Shown here: positions 27,107-37,501 of the stretch, one piece after another
How the letters are laid out: every line of letters starts with the position of its first letter
Numbering within the stretch: the first letter of the stretch is position 1
Virus record (IMG/VR): IMGVR_UViG_3300038701_003016
Coordinates: 29-64,028 of that record
Length of the DNA: 64,000 nt
Strand: one strand, 5' to 3'
From: a virus
Notes under the pieces: generated by a model
Told to the model about the DNA's origin: nothing
The model's database searches: none
The model's input: only the letters and a program-made list of their open reading frames with translations
Translations under genes and position numbers: made by a program

Positions 27107-30100
27107 GTGGCTGATTTTAGAATTGTAGTCCGGGTTGATCCATCGGGAGTAGCCAGAGGTACAAGGCAGGTTGAACAAAATCTAAATAGAGTCGGAAATG
27201 CAGCCGACCGAACTAGGCAGCTTATTTCTAGAACATTTGCCTTAGTAGGTATTGGAGGAGCCATATCAGGCTCTATTAGATTAATAGCAAATTTTGAGCA
27301 ATCTATTTCGTCAGTGGGAGCTGTATCGGGGGCTACTGGTCAGCAATTATTACAGTTAAGAGAAGAAGCTCAGCGATTAGGTTCTACTACCAGATTTTCT
27401 GCCAGTGAAGCGGCAGAAGGTTTACTATTCTTATCAAGAGCGGGCTTTAGCGTTGATGAGTCTTTGCAGACTATTCAGGGTACTCTTCAATTAGCTCAAG
27501 CGGGCGCTTTAGACTTAGCTTCGGCTGCTGATATTGCTTCGAATATTCTATCAGGCTTTAGATTAGAAGCAGAAGAGGCAGGGCGTGTTGTAGACGTAAT
27601 AGCCCTAGCAGCAAATAGCGCTAATACCAACGTATTTCAACTAGGGGAAGCTCTAAAGTTTGTTGCCCCTGTAGCGGCAGGCTTAGGGGTTTCTATAGAA
27701 GAAACTTCAGCGGCTATCGGAGTTTTATCAGATGCAGGCTTACAAGCCAGTTTAGCAGGTACCGGTCTAAGACGAGTTTTATCAGAGCTTGAAAGCCCTG
27801 CGTCTAGAACAGAACAAATTTTAAAATCTGTAGGTCTAACGGCAGAAGAAGTACAAGTTTCTCAAGTTGGATTGACAGAAGCTATACGGGCTTTGGCGGA
27901 AGCAGGAGTAGATACTGCGTTGGCGTTAGAAATATTTGGGGATAGAGGCGGCCCTGCTTTTGAGGTTCTATCTAATGGTATTCCTAGAGTAGAAGAGCTT
28001 ACTACCAGTTTAAATGATGCTGAAGGGGCTGCAGCCCGTATTGCGGAAATAATGGACGATAATTTAAACGGAGCTTTGTTATCAGTTCGAAGTGCTTTTG
28101 AAGGACTTATTCTTGAATTAGGGGACTCAGGAGCTACAGGAGCTTTCCAAAATTTCTTTGAAGCGGTAGCAGGAGGCCTCAGATTTTTAACGGATAACGT
28201 AGAAAATTTTATAAATGCTTTGGAAACTTTATCTATAGTTTTAGGCGTTCAATATGCAAGACGAGCTATCCCAAGAGCGATAGCGGCTACTAGAGCTTTT
28301 TCAGTTGCAATAGCTAGTAACCCTATAGGGGCTTTGGCTACTGTTATTACAGTGGCAATAGCTGCTTTAATTTCTTTTTCAGATCAACTCGAATTAACTA
28401 CAGGGTCAACAGCGTCTGCTTTAGATTTTATAATAGTCGCGTTTGAAAGATTTTCAAGTGGAGTACTGGCCGCTATAAACTTTATTATTGGGTTGTTTGG
28501 AGATTTCCAAATAACTCTTGATAATTTCGATTTTTTAGAGTTTATTGACGGAGCAGCGGTAGGCCTAGATGGAGTGTTAGCTTTATTCGAAGGAGCCTTT
28601 AGTGGTATTTTAGCTATATTTGATGATTTTCCTAGGTTACTAGGGGAAGTATTTATAGATACTTTTAATTTTATTATTAGAGGAACTGAAAGTTTTGTAA
28701 ATGCTATAGTAGGAGCATTGAATGAAATACCTGGAGTTTCTATAGCTACTTTGGATGGAGTCATACCCCAATTAGAAAATCCATTTGAGGGCGCAGCGGC
28801 CAATGTAGGCCGTGCTGCCCAAGAAGGCTTTGTAAGAGGGTTTCAAAGATCAATTGCCCAAGATTTAGTTGGGGATATAGCGGTCGAAGCAGAAAGGCGC
28901 GCTTCAGAAAGAGCTTCTCTTATAGAAGACGCTTTTGGAGCTTCTACTGCCGGGGCTGCTACCCCAGGCGTCCCTGGAACAACTCTTACAGAAACTAGGC
29001 CTTCTTTTACTCCAGGTGAAGCTGATAGAAATGCGATATTAGAGCGCGAACTAGAATTATTCGAACAAGAAGCAGAAATACTAGGGGTAGTTGGTCTTGA
29101 GCGCCAAAAACTTCAAGCTATATTAGCTACTGAAGAGCAAATCCGAAATGATCTAAGGCAATCTAACGAGGATTTAACTGAAGAACAGCTTAATAATTTA
29201 GCTACTCTTTCTGCCAGTGAAAGAGAGCGTATTGCGGCTTTAGTAGAGCAAAATGATACTTTACAACGTCAAGCTTCTATTCTTGAAGATATACAAGCTC
29301 CGGTTGAAGAATATAGTCAAACCCTGGCAGCCTTAAATGCTTTGTTAGATCAAGGAGCTATATCCCAAGCTGAATTCAATGAGCAACTACGTCAAACAGG
29401 ATTGGCCGCTTCTCTTATAGATTTAGATCAACAGTTATTTGGCCCGTTTGGAGAAGGGCTGGCTGCTCAAACTCAACTTATAAGAGATCAACAAGCCGAG
29501 CAATTACAAATAGTACAACAAGCTTTAGAAGCTCGAATAATCTCAGAAGAAGAAGCCGCCGAACGCATTCGGCAAATTAATACACAAACAGCCGCGGCCA
29601 TATCCGAAGCGAACCTATCTGGGTATAGTTTGATACTTGGCAATGCTCAAAATACCTTTGGTATGATTGCGGATGTAGCAAGAAATTCGGCGGGCGAACA
29701 AAGCGATGCCTTCAAAGCTCTGTTCGCGGTTTCTCAAGGATTTGCACTAGCTAACGCGATAGTGCAAACAGCTTCTGGTGTAGCTAATGCTTTAGGGTCT
29801 GCTCCTCCTCCTATTAGTTTTATTAATGCTGCTTTAGTAGCAGCGGCAGGTGCTGCTCAAGTAGCAACTATTGTCGGTCAAACTTTGGCTTTAAGGGATG
29901 GGGGTTTTGTAGCGGGTCCAGGTACTTCAAGATCAGACAGTATTCCGGCGATGCTATCTAATGGAGAATTTGTAGTAAATGCAAGAGCTACACGGCAAAA
30001 CAGAGCGTTATTAGAAGCAATGAATTCAGGAGCTAATGTAGATGGGGGCTCTGGGGTTACTGTTGTTCAAAACATATCTACTCCCGACGCTGATAGCTTC

Positions 30101-30178
30101 CGGAGATCAGATAATCAGATAAATGCTCGTTTACAGCAAGAACTTGCGAGAAGTAGAAAGAGAAATACTAATGGCTGA
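27107..30178 (+). CDS. tape measure protein (TP901 family)
   Basis: FSASEAAEG, LQLAQAG, LKFVAPVA, AGTGLR core; GPGTSRSDSIPAMLSNGEFVV C-terminus. Confidence 0.93.
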   Translation: MADFRIVVRVDPSGVARGTRQVEQNLNRVGNAADRTRQLISRTFALVGIGGAISGSIRLIANFEQSISSVGAVSGATGQQLLQLREEAQRLGSTTRFSASEAAEGLLFLSRAGFSVDESLQTIQGTLQLAQAGALDLASAADIASNILSGFRLEAEEAGRVVDVIALAANSANTNVFQLGEALKFVAPVAAGLGVSIEETSAAIGVLSDAGLQASLAGTGLRRVLSELESPASRTEQILKSVGLTAEEVQVSQVGLTEAIRALAEAGVDTALALEIFGDRGGPAFEVLSNGIPRVEELTTSLNDAEGAAARIAEIMDDNLNGALLSVRSAFEGLILELGDSGATGAFQNFFEAVAGGLRFLTDNVENFINALETLSIVLGVQYARRAIPRAIAATRAFSVAIASNPIGALATVITVAIAALISFSDQLELTTGSTASALDFIIVAFERFSSGVLAAINFIIGLFGDFQITLDNFDFLEFIDGAAVGLDGVLALFEGAFSGILAIFDDFPRLLGEVFIDTFNFIIRGTESFVNAIVGALNEIPGVSIATLDGVIPQLENPFEGAAANVGRAAQEGFVRGFQRSIAQDLVGDIAVEAERRASERASLIEDAFGASTAGAATPGVPGTTLTETRPSFTPGEADRNAILERELELFEQEAEILGVVGLERQKLQAILATEEQIRNDLRQSNEDLTEEQLNNLATLSASERERIAALVEQNDTLQRQASILEDIQAPVEEYSQTLAALNALLDQGAISQAEFNEQLRQTGLAASLIDLDQQLFGPFGEGLAAQTQLIRDQQAEQLQIVQQALEARIISEEEAAERIRQINTQTAAAISEANLSGYSLILGNAQNTFGMIADVARNSAGEQSDAFKALFAVSQGFALANAIVQTASGVANALGSAPPPISFINAALVAAAGAAQVATIVGQTLALRDGGFVAGPGTSRSDSIPAMLSNGEFVVNARATRQNRALLEAMNSGANVDGGSGVTVVQNISTPDADSFRRSDNQINARLQQELARSRKRNTNG

Positions 30179-30788
30179 TTTTGATGAAATTAGACTTCCA
30201 GACGATATAGAGCGGGGAGCAGCTGGAGGCCCTGTATATAATACTACTATTTTAGAACTTGCTTCAGGATTTGAAAAACGCAATCAAAATTGGGCTCAAT
30301 CTAGGGGTTCTTGGGATTTATCTTATGGAATACAAAATAGAATAGGATATTCTCAGGTAGTAGAATTTTTCAGAGCTAGAAGAGGCAGACTAAAAGGATT
30401 TAGGTTTAAAGACTGGTCCGATTTTCAAATAGAGGACCAGTTTTTATTTACTGGAGATGACTCTACTACGGAGCTACAATTATTTAAAAGATATGGAGAA
30501 GCTTCAACAGGGTTATATGATAGAAAAATATTTAAAATAGTAGCTGGAACTTTTTCTATAACTGCAGATGATGTAGACGATACGGCTAATGTATCTTTAG
30601 ATTTTAATACCGGTGTAGTTACGAGAGCCGGAACGTTTCTAAACGGCGTCGAATATAAATTTACATGTGAGTTTGACGTGCCTGTTCGATTTGATAGTGA
30701 TAGCTTAGCAGTACAATTAGATTGGGCTGAAGCAGGAGCTATTCCTTCAATACCTGTAGTAGAAATAAGGCAACAAAGTACGGTATAA
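30171..30788 (+). CDS. distal tail protein (DUF2460, RcGTA g12-like)
   Basis: GGPVYNT...SGFEKRNQNW...GFRFKDWSD...FDVPVRFD. Confidence 0.9.
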   Translation: MADFDEIRLPDDIERGAAGGPVYNTTILELASGFEKRNQNWAQSRGSWDLSYGIQNRIGYSQVVEFFRARRGRLKGFRFKDWSDFQIEDQFLFTGDDSTTELQLFKRYGEASTGLYDRKIFKIVAGTFSITADDVDDTANVSLDFNTGVVTRAGTFLNGVEYKFTCEFDVPVRFDSDSLAVQLDWAEAGAIPSIPVVEIRQQSTV

Positions 30789-30790
30789 AT

Positions 30791-32998
30791 ATGGCTAAGA
30801 CAGTTTCATCTTCTTTATTATCACATCTTCAACAAGAAACGGCTACATTAGCTACTTGCTGGGAAATAAAAAGACCTGATGGCTTTGTGGTTCGATTGAC
30901 GGATCATGATGAAGATATAACTTTTGAAGGGTCTACTTATAAATCTTCAGAAGGGTATACTCGTACGGCTATTTCAAATTCGGGAAATTTACAAGTAGAT
31001 AACTTAGATATAAGTGGTTTTCTTGCTGAAGATATATCCACCACTCAATTGGTCTATGATAATCCGGAAGACTCTTTAGGAACCCCTACAAATACTTTAG
31101 AAGTTTCAGATACTCCTGATCCGAATGATTTTACTTTAAATGATGATACAGTAATTGGTATTGATTTAACTTTTTCCTTTGTGCCCTCAGGATCTATATT
31201 TACCTTGGGAACAGAAATGAGTGTAGAAGTATCCGGAGGAAATTTAGTATCTACTATAGGGGATGGAGTAAATTCTATATCTACTTCTCACGATATTTCA
31301 GATTATTCAAATCTAAAAGGAACTCTATTATTAGAGGTAGATATAAGTGCTAATACTCTACGATCTGATTTTATACCAGATGACGGAGAAGGTCAGGTTA
31401 TAAATTCTGAGTTAACTTCAGGAGCTCCTATATCTGCATGGTCTTCAGGCGTTGGAGGTTCTATAGGCAGTTCGTTTAATGGCCTTATAACTGAAATTAG
31501 GCAATATGACTCTACAGAGTACCCAGCCGGATTTCCTAACTCTCAAGGGTCTTCTATTCAAACAGTAACAACTGAAACTCTAGGCTTAAAAGAAGAAGAT
31601 ATAAGAAAAGGTCTTTATGATTTTTCTGAACTCAGAATATTCCTGGTCAATTTTGAAGACTTAACTCAAGGATCAATAAAACTTAGAAGAGGGTTTCTGG
31701 GGGAAATGTTTGTAGGCCAGTCTGGTAGATTTCAAGCCGAATTTAGAGGCCTTCAACAAAGTCTTCAAACTCGAATTGGAGAAGCTACGACTCCTACTTG
31801 TAGGGCGGATGTCGGGGACTCTAGGTGCACAGTTCCTATTCAACCTTCTGCGGTTCTTAGAAATCAGGTATTATCTGTAGGAGATTATGTAAGAGCTTAT
31901 TCAGGAAATGTCGGGGCTACCCTTATATCAGTGCCTATACTTAATGCGGATTTCGAAGATGGCCCTGGAGGAGACGTTACTCCTCAAAGTTGGGAAAATA
32001 TATCTGGAGATACTTTGGTAGGTACTAGAGCGAATTTAACGGTAGCATCCGGATCCCGCTATCTTACAGGAGCAAGTCCTTCTGATGATTTTGTAATAGC
32101 CCAAACTGTAAATATGCAGGGTGTATCCAACTTTGATGGAAATGCAGTAGATGCCGGAGAAGTATTTTTAAGAGCTTCGCTACTAAGAGGCACAGTAGGC
32201 ATAGAAGGCACGGGCTCCCAATTTGATCCAGGGCGCTTTAGAATTGAAGCTTTAGACAGTCAAGGAAGAGTTTTAAAAGAGTTATTTAATACTGGATTTT
32301 CTGTTACTAGGCCTTTTGGGACTTGGATTTTAACAGGGGTAACTGATAGTATACTCCCAGCCACTACCCGGCAATTAAGATTTTATTGTGAGGGAAATAG
32401 AAGCACAGGATCAATTGTAGACGCCGCTTTTGATAATATACAAGCCGAATTAGTAGACATGGGGGATATGGTTACAAGCCCTCAAGAAGGGTATGAAAAT
32501 AGAATTTATGAAGTTACAACTGCAGGTACCACTTCAGGAACAGAACCCGCCTATGATACTATAGTAGGAAATACTACAACTGATGGAACTGCAGTATTAA
32601 CTGCTAGACAAAGCTGGACTAGGCATGCTGAAATAGCTACTGTTATAGATAGAAGACGTTTTACAATAACCGTCACGGAAACAAGAGCTTTAGATGATTG
32701 GTTTAATGACGGAGTAGTCATATTTGAAAGTGGCAATAATACCTTATTAACAATGGAAATAAAAGACTGGACTCAATCATCAAGTACCGTAGAATTATTT
32801 CTTCCTATGCCGGGCGATATACAAATCGGGGATAAATTACGTATATTTCCAGGATGTCCAAAAACGGTAAATCAGTGTAGAAATAAATGGGTAATACCTG
32901 ATAGTAGAGATTTTTCTAACGGAAACGTCATAAATTTTAGAGGCGAACCTTATCTGCCTGGTAAAGACGCCGTGGTTACTTATCCAGACGCTAAATAG
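30791..32998 (+). CDS. baseplate hub (DUF2163/BR0599, RcGTA g13-like) with two inserted domains
   Basis: LTDHDEDI, CRADVGDSRC and GCPKTVNQC...NFRGEPYLPG; 735 aa versus roughly 300 for plain family members. Confidence 0.85.
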   Translation: MAKTVSSSLLSHLQQETATLATCWEIKRPDGFVVRLTDHDEDITFEGSTYKSSEGYTRTAISNSGNLQVDNLDISGFLAEDISTTQLVYDNPEDSLGTPTNTLEVSDTPDPNDFTLNDDTVIGIDLTFSFVPSGSIFTLGTEMSVEVSGGNLVSTIGDGVNSISTSHDISDYSNLKGTLLLEVDISANTLRSDFIPDDGEGQVINSELTSGAPISAWSSGVGGSIGSSFNGLITEIRQYDSTEYPAGFPNSQGSSIQTVTTETLGLKEEDIRKGLYDFSELRIFLVNFEDLTQGSIKLRRGFLGEMFVGQSGRFQAEFRGLQQSLQTRIGEATTPTCRADVGDSRCTVPIQPSAVLRNQVLSVGDYVRAYSGNVGATLISVPILNADFEDGPGGDVTPQSWENISGDTLVGTRANLTVASGSRYLTGASPSDDFVIAQTVNMQGVSNFDGNAVDAGEVFLRASLLRGTVGIEGTGSQFDPGRFRIEALDSQGRVLKELFNTGFSVTRPFGTWILTGVTDSILPATTRQLRFYCEGNRSTGSIVDAAFDNIQAELVDMGDMVTSPQEGYENRIYEVTTAGTTSGTEPAYDTIVGNTTTDGTAVLTARQSWTRHAEIATVIDRRRFTITVTETRALDDWFNDGVVIFESGNNTLLTMEIKDWTQSSSTVELFLPMPGDIQIGDKLRIFPGCPKTVNQCRNKWVIPDSRDFSNGNVINFRGEPYLPGKDAVVTYPDAK

Positions 32999-33008
32999 GA
33001 AATTATTT

Positions 33009-33440
33009 ATGGTTTATAGAAGAGATGTAGTAAATTTAGCTCGTAGCTATGTTGGTACTAAATATAGGCATCAAGGTAGAACTAGGGAAGGTATAGATTG
33101 TGCAGGATTAGTTATATTAGTTGGAAACGAACTCGGACTAATAAACTATGATACGGATGGGTATTTAAGAAAATCTACTGGCAGGCAAATATTCCAGTAT
33201 TTTAAAGATAGTGGAATGGAACAAATTAGTACTTCAGATTTAAAACTCGGTGATGTAATATTAACTCGAGATAGTATATTTCCGTGTCATTGTGCTATTA
33301 TATGTACCCACGATCTTCCTAGCTCTTCCAGAATTGTGCATGCTTATGCTAAAAGACGGCAAGTAGTTGAAGAATATATGAACGCCGAATGGATAAATAA
33401 AACAGTGGGCGCTTTTAGGTTTAAAGGACTAAAGGATTAG
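33009..33440 (+). CDS. NlpC/P60 tail peptidase (RcGTA g14-like)
   Basis: YRHQGR...GIDCAGL...HCAI...HAY. Confidence 0.9.
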   Translation: MVYRRDVVNLARSYVGTKYRHQGRTREGIDCAGLVILVGNELGLINYDTDGYLRKSTGRQIFQYFKDSGMEQISTSDLKLGDVILTRDSIFPCHCAIICTHDLPSSSRIVHAYAKRRQVVEEYMNAEWINKTVGAFRFKGLKD

Positions 33441-33443
33441 ATA

Positions 33444-36400
33444 ATGGGTTTTTTAATACCTACTACGAGTGTAACTGTAGATAATCCAAGGACTGATGAA
33501 TTTAGTCTTTCAAATTCTACATTTGGGGAACCTATACCTATACCTTTTGGAACTGTAAGAGTTCCGGGAAATATTATATGGGCAGCTCCTATTAGAGAAG
33601 AAAAAGTTACAGAGACTAAAAAATCGGGGGGTAAAGGGGGAGGCGGAAAAGTTAAAACCACTACCACGACTTATTACTATTATGCTTCATTTGGTATAGC
33701 TTTTGGAGAAGGGGTGGTTAATAGAGTAAGGCGTATATGGGCTGACAGTAAGTTAATATATGATATTACTGGAGCAGGAACTACTACTTCAGTTGTAGAT
33801 TTAACCTTTCGGTTTTATCCAGGTACTGAAACTCAAGAGCCAGATGCCCTAATTGAAAATGATGTTGGAAGTGATTTAGCTCCTGCTCATAGAGGGCTAT
33901 GCTATATAGTATTTGATGAATTATCCTTAGCCAATTTTGGCAATAGAATACCAAATATCGAAGCTGAACTTGAAACAGATATATCAAGCGAATTAGTTAT
34001 TGGGGATATAGATTTATCTCCAACTGATATAAGCTATACTCAAGACCTTATAGTTTCTTCTGCTAGCCAAGATTATGCTAGAGGATTTATTTATGTAGCA
34101 GATGAGCAGACAGGTACCGGAGAAATACTGGTATTTTCTACGTCAACGAATTCACTTGTAAGTGTATTGCCGGCTCCTGAAACTGAGTCTTTACTAGGAG
34201 TAATACCTTCTAATGGAGACTTAGTAGCTTCTGACGGAGCTAGTACTTTACGTATTCTAAATTCTTTTAATGGCGCCGTTAAATCCTCCGGGGGCATTTC
34301 TGTACCTATTGATAGATTGCCTTTGAACAGACCTTCTACGCTCGCCGTAAGTGGATTAGGTAGAGACGCCTTGTTTAGCATACAAGACGGGGCTAATAAT
34401 ATAGTCGGGTACGATCTTGAGGACTTTTCAGTAATAGGTACTTGGGAGGCTCAAATATCAGGAACTTTAAGCGTTCCGGTAAATGGCTCAAGAAACCAAG
34501 GAGACTTATATTACGCTGAAGTATCTACGACTTCTATAAATTTTTATAGACTTCAACTTACAACTTCAGATGTTCAACAAACCTTAATAGGAGCGGTGCA
34601 GGCTTCGGATTTAAGAGAAGCCACGTCATTAACTGAAAGGTTAATGACTTGGGAGTTTGATCCTATATTGAATTGTGCATTTTTTAATATAGGATCAGAT
34701 GTAGGAAATACGGCTGCAAGATTTGATTTTGACTTACAAGGTATTAATTGGGCAGTGAGTACTCCAAGTCTTATTAACGGAGATTTTTCTGGAATTGGTA
34801 TGAACCGTACAAGAGGGGGCCGGTATGTATATCCTACTTCCGAAGATACATTTTTAGCTTTTAATGCGTCAAACGGGGAACGCTCCACGTTTAAATTTAC
34901 AGGTTCAGATGAAGCTGGAGTATTTTTCTATGATGACTCTCAACGTAGATACTTTGGTTTTGACGACGTATTTAGGCTATTAAAAACTGGAGTTCTTGAA
35001 GCTTCAGCCCCTACTGGAGGAGTTCCCGTATCTTTCATACTCGATAAAATATGTACAAAAGCAGGATTAGAATTAGTAGCCGATTTTAATACTTCAGACT
35101 TATCATCGGCTACTGTAGAAGGGTATATAATAAGAGAACAAGCACCCGCCGCTGAAGCTATAACTCCTTTATCCAGATTGCTACAATTTGATGTTGTATC
35201 CTCAGATTATAAAATACATTTCCGTTTAAGGTCTGATGATACTATACAAGCCACTTTAACTGATGATGATTTAATAAGGCTTCGTCAAGGGCAGAATGAA
35301 CCCTACATAGAAACCAGAATTCAAGAAAGTGAAATTCCGGCGGTATATGAAACAACGTATTTGGATAAAGATAATGCTTACCAACAAAATACTCAAAGAG
35401 CTCAACGAGTAAGAGCCCCTATAACAACAGTCCAATCTGATAATGCAGAAACTTTAGAAATAGATGCCGTATTGAGTGCAGATACGGCTAAACAAGCTTC
35501 TGAGATTTTGTTGTATAATTCTTGGACGGAGAGGCTATCTTTTGCTTTAAGAACTTCATGGGAATTTTTATATTTAGACCCGTCAGATAGCATACAATTA
35601 GATTTTCAAAACGTAGAAGTACAAGCGCGTCTTACAAATGCGGATATAGGCGCCGATTTATCTTTCGAGAGTACTACGGTATCTGAAACTCAAGGAGTAT
35701 ATATTTCGAATGCCGAAGGAGAAACAGGAGACAATAATATTCAAGTTTCTATACCTTCTGTTAGCCCTTCAGAATTGTTTCTACTTGATATTCCCCTATT
35801 AAGAGATATTGACGACACAGGGGGCTCTACAAGTAGATTATACCTAGCCGCTTCAAACTATGGCCAAATGTCTTGGCCTGGATGCTTAGTATTAAATTCA
35901 GCAGACAATGCTGCTTTTGATGAAATATCTCAGCACCAACAAGAAGCTGCTTGGGGAGTAACTGCTACAGTTATTAGCGACCCTACTTTTGAAAATGCCA
36001 TAGATGAAACAGATAGTTTTGATCTCACAGTAGTGTCTGGGTTAGATGATTTTTCCTCGGTTACTAATTCTGAAATTTATCAAGGGGCTAATACTTTAGC
36101 CGTAATTAAGGCGAATGGAAATATAGAAATACTTCAATTCAAAACAGTTACTATCGTATCAGGCCAGCGAATAACCTTATCAGGTTTATTAAGAGGCCGT
36201 AGGGGAACAGATGTATTTTCTACAGGTCACGCTATTGGAGAAACATGTATTTTACTTGAAACAGCTTCTGTTGAAAGTACTCAGTTATCAATAGGTAATA
36301 TCGGGTCTAGTCTATTTTATAAAGCACCTACAAATGGAACTATATTAGAAGATGCTGAAAGTCAACAATTTGCCTCCAATGGCAATGATTTAAAGCCTTA

Positions 36401-36779
36401 TGCTCCGGTCAAGGTAGAAGCCTCTATAGATATGTCAGATGATATAACTATTACATGGATTAGGCGCACTAGAATAGGAGGGGAGCTCAAAAATAGTGAC
36501 GGGGTAACTCCTATAGATGTACCTTTAAGTGAAACTCAAGAGTTGTATGACTTAGAATTTTTAGATGGAGTAGGTGGGGCAGTGCTGTCAAATATAACTG
36601 AACTTGATTTGACTTCAGAAACCGCTACTATATCCTTAATCAATTTAAATAATGAACTCACTTCTGATATAACAGGAGCCGGAGATGATATAACAGTTCG
36701 AGTATATCAAAAAAGTGGTAATACTCAAATAGGAAGAGGCTTTGCTCGAGAAGTTACAATAACTATCGCGGCAGCTTAA
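33444..36779 (+). CDS. tail tip / megatron-like host-specificity protein (RcGTA g15-like)
   Basis: GEPIPIPFGTVRVPGNIIWA, PAHRGLCYIVF..L.LANFGNRIP, LLRGRRGT, W.RRTR.GG. Confidence 0.88.
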   Translation: MGFLIPTTSVTVDNPRTDEFSLSNSTFGEPIPIPFGTVRVPGNIIWAAPIREEKVTETKKSGGKGGGGKVKTTTTTYYYYASFGIAFGEGVVNRVRRIWADSKLIYDITGAGTTTSVVDLTFRFYPGTETQEPDALIENDVGSDLAPAHRGLCYIVFDELSLANFGNRIPNIEAELETDISSELVIGDIDLSPTDISYTQDLIVSSASQDYARGFIYVADEQTGTGEILVFSTSTNSLVSVLPAPETESLLGVIPSNGDLVASDGASTLRILNSFNGAVKSSGGISVPIDRLPLNRPSTLAVSGLGRDALFSIQDGANNIVGYDLEDFSVIGTWEAQISGTLSVPVNGSRNQGDLYYAEVSTTSINFYRLQLTTSDVQQTLIGAVQASDLREATSLTERLMTWEFDPILNCAFFNIGSDVGNTAARFDFDLQGINWAVSTPSLINGDFSGIGMNRTRGGRYVYPTSEDTFLAFNASNGERSTFKFTGSDEAGVFFYDDSQRRYFGFDDVFRLLKTGVLEASAPTGGVPVSFILDKICTKAGLELVADFNTSDLSSATVEGYIIREQAPAAEAITPLSRLLQFDVVSSDYKIHFRLRSDDTIQATLTDDDLIRLRQGQNEPYIETRIQESEIPAVYETTYLDKDNAYQQNTQRAQRVRAPITTVQSDNAETLEIDAVLSADTAKQASEILLYNSWTERLSFALRTSWEFLYLDPSDSIQLDFQNVEVQARLTNADIGADLSFESTTVSETQGVYISNAEGETGDNNIQVSIPSVSPSELFLLDIPLLRDIDDTGGSTSRLYLAASNYGQMSWPGCLVLNSADNAAFDEISQHQQEAAWGVTATVISDPTFENAIDETDSFDLTVVSGLDDFSSVTNSEIYQGANTLAVIKANGNIEILQFKTVTIVSGQRITLSGLLRGRRGTDVFSTGHAIGETCILLETASVESTQLSIGNIGSSLFYKAPTNGTILEDAESQQFASNGNDLKPYAPVKVEASIDMSDDITITWIRRTRIGGELKNSDGVTPIDVPLSETQELYDLEFLDGVGGAVLSNITELDLTSETATISLINLNNELTSDITGAGDDITVRVYQKSGNTQIGRGFAREVTITIAAA

Positions 36780-36790
36780 GGAGATTTTAA

Positions 36791-37501
36791 ATGGCTACTC
36801 CCAATTTAGGAATTGAAGAAGTAAGCGCTTCTCAATCTCAAAAAGAAGTAACAATAAATAATGCTCTTATAGACTTAGATAATGCAACTCAGGATTTAAT
36901 TTCCATAGCTATATCTGGAAATACCTCAGTTACTGCCGACCAGTATACAGAAAATTTTGTACTTAGGCTTACAGGGTCTCCAGGAGCAGGCTTTGATTTA
37001 GATATTCCTGCTACGAATAGATTTTTCTTTGTCGATAATAATACTTCTCAAACTGCAACCGTACAAGTTACAGGTGGCGGAGGGGTATCTGTAGACATAG
37101 TGACTTTAGAGTCACGGCTTCTATATTGTGATGGTACAGATGTTGTAGAAGCTGGAGGGGGAGGAGGAGGAGGCGGATCAGGCTCTGTAGATGTAACTAT
37201 TCGTACAGAAACTGCAAGCCATGTATTAGAACTAGTTGATAGCAATTCATTAATTCGTATGAATGTAGGAGCTGCGAATACGGTAACTGTACCCCTTAAT
37301 GCTTCAGTAGCCTTTCCAATTGGAACTCAAGTTCATGTTACTCAAACAGGAGCCGGTACAACTTCTTTTTTAGCAGCCGGAGGGGTAACGTTAGATACTC
37401 CTGAAACATTAAACCTAAGAAAACAAGACTCGACGGCTAGCATTGTAAAAGTGGCTACAGATCAATGGCTAGTATTAGGAGATTTGGAGCTATCGCCATG
37501 A
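36791..37501 (+). CDS. tail fibre-associated protein (DUF2793-like N-terminus)
   Basis: TPNLG...SQSQKEVTINNALIDLD. Confidence 0.75.
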   Translation: MATPNLGIEEVSASQSQKEVTINNALIDLDNATQDLISIAISGNTSVTADQYTENFVLRLTGSPGAGFDLDIPATNRFFFVDNNTSQTATVQVTGGGGVSVDIVTLESRLLYCDGTDVVEAGGGGGGGGSGSVDVTIRTETASHVLELVDSNSLIRMNVGAANTVTVPLNASVAFPIGTQVHVTQTGAGTTSFLAAGGVTLDTPETLNLRKQDSTASIVKVATDQWLVLGDLELSP

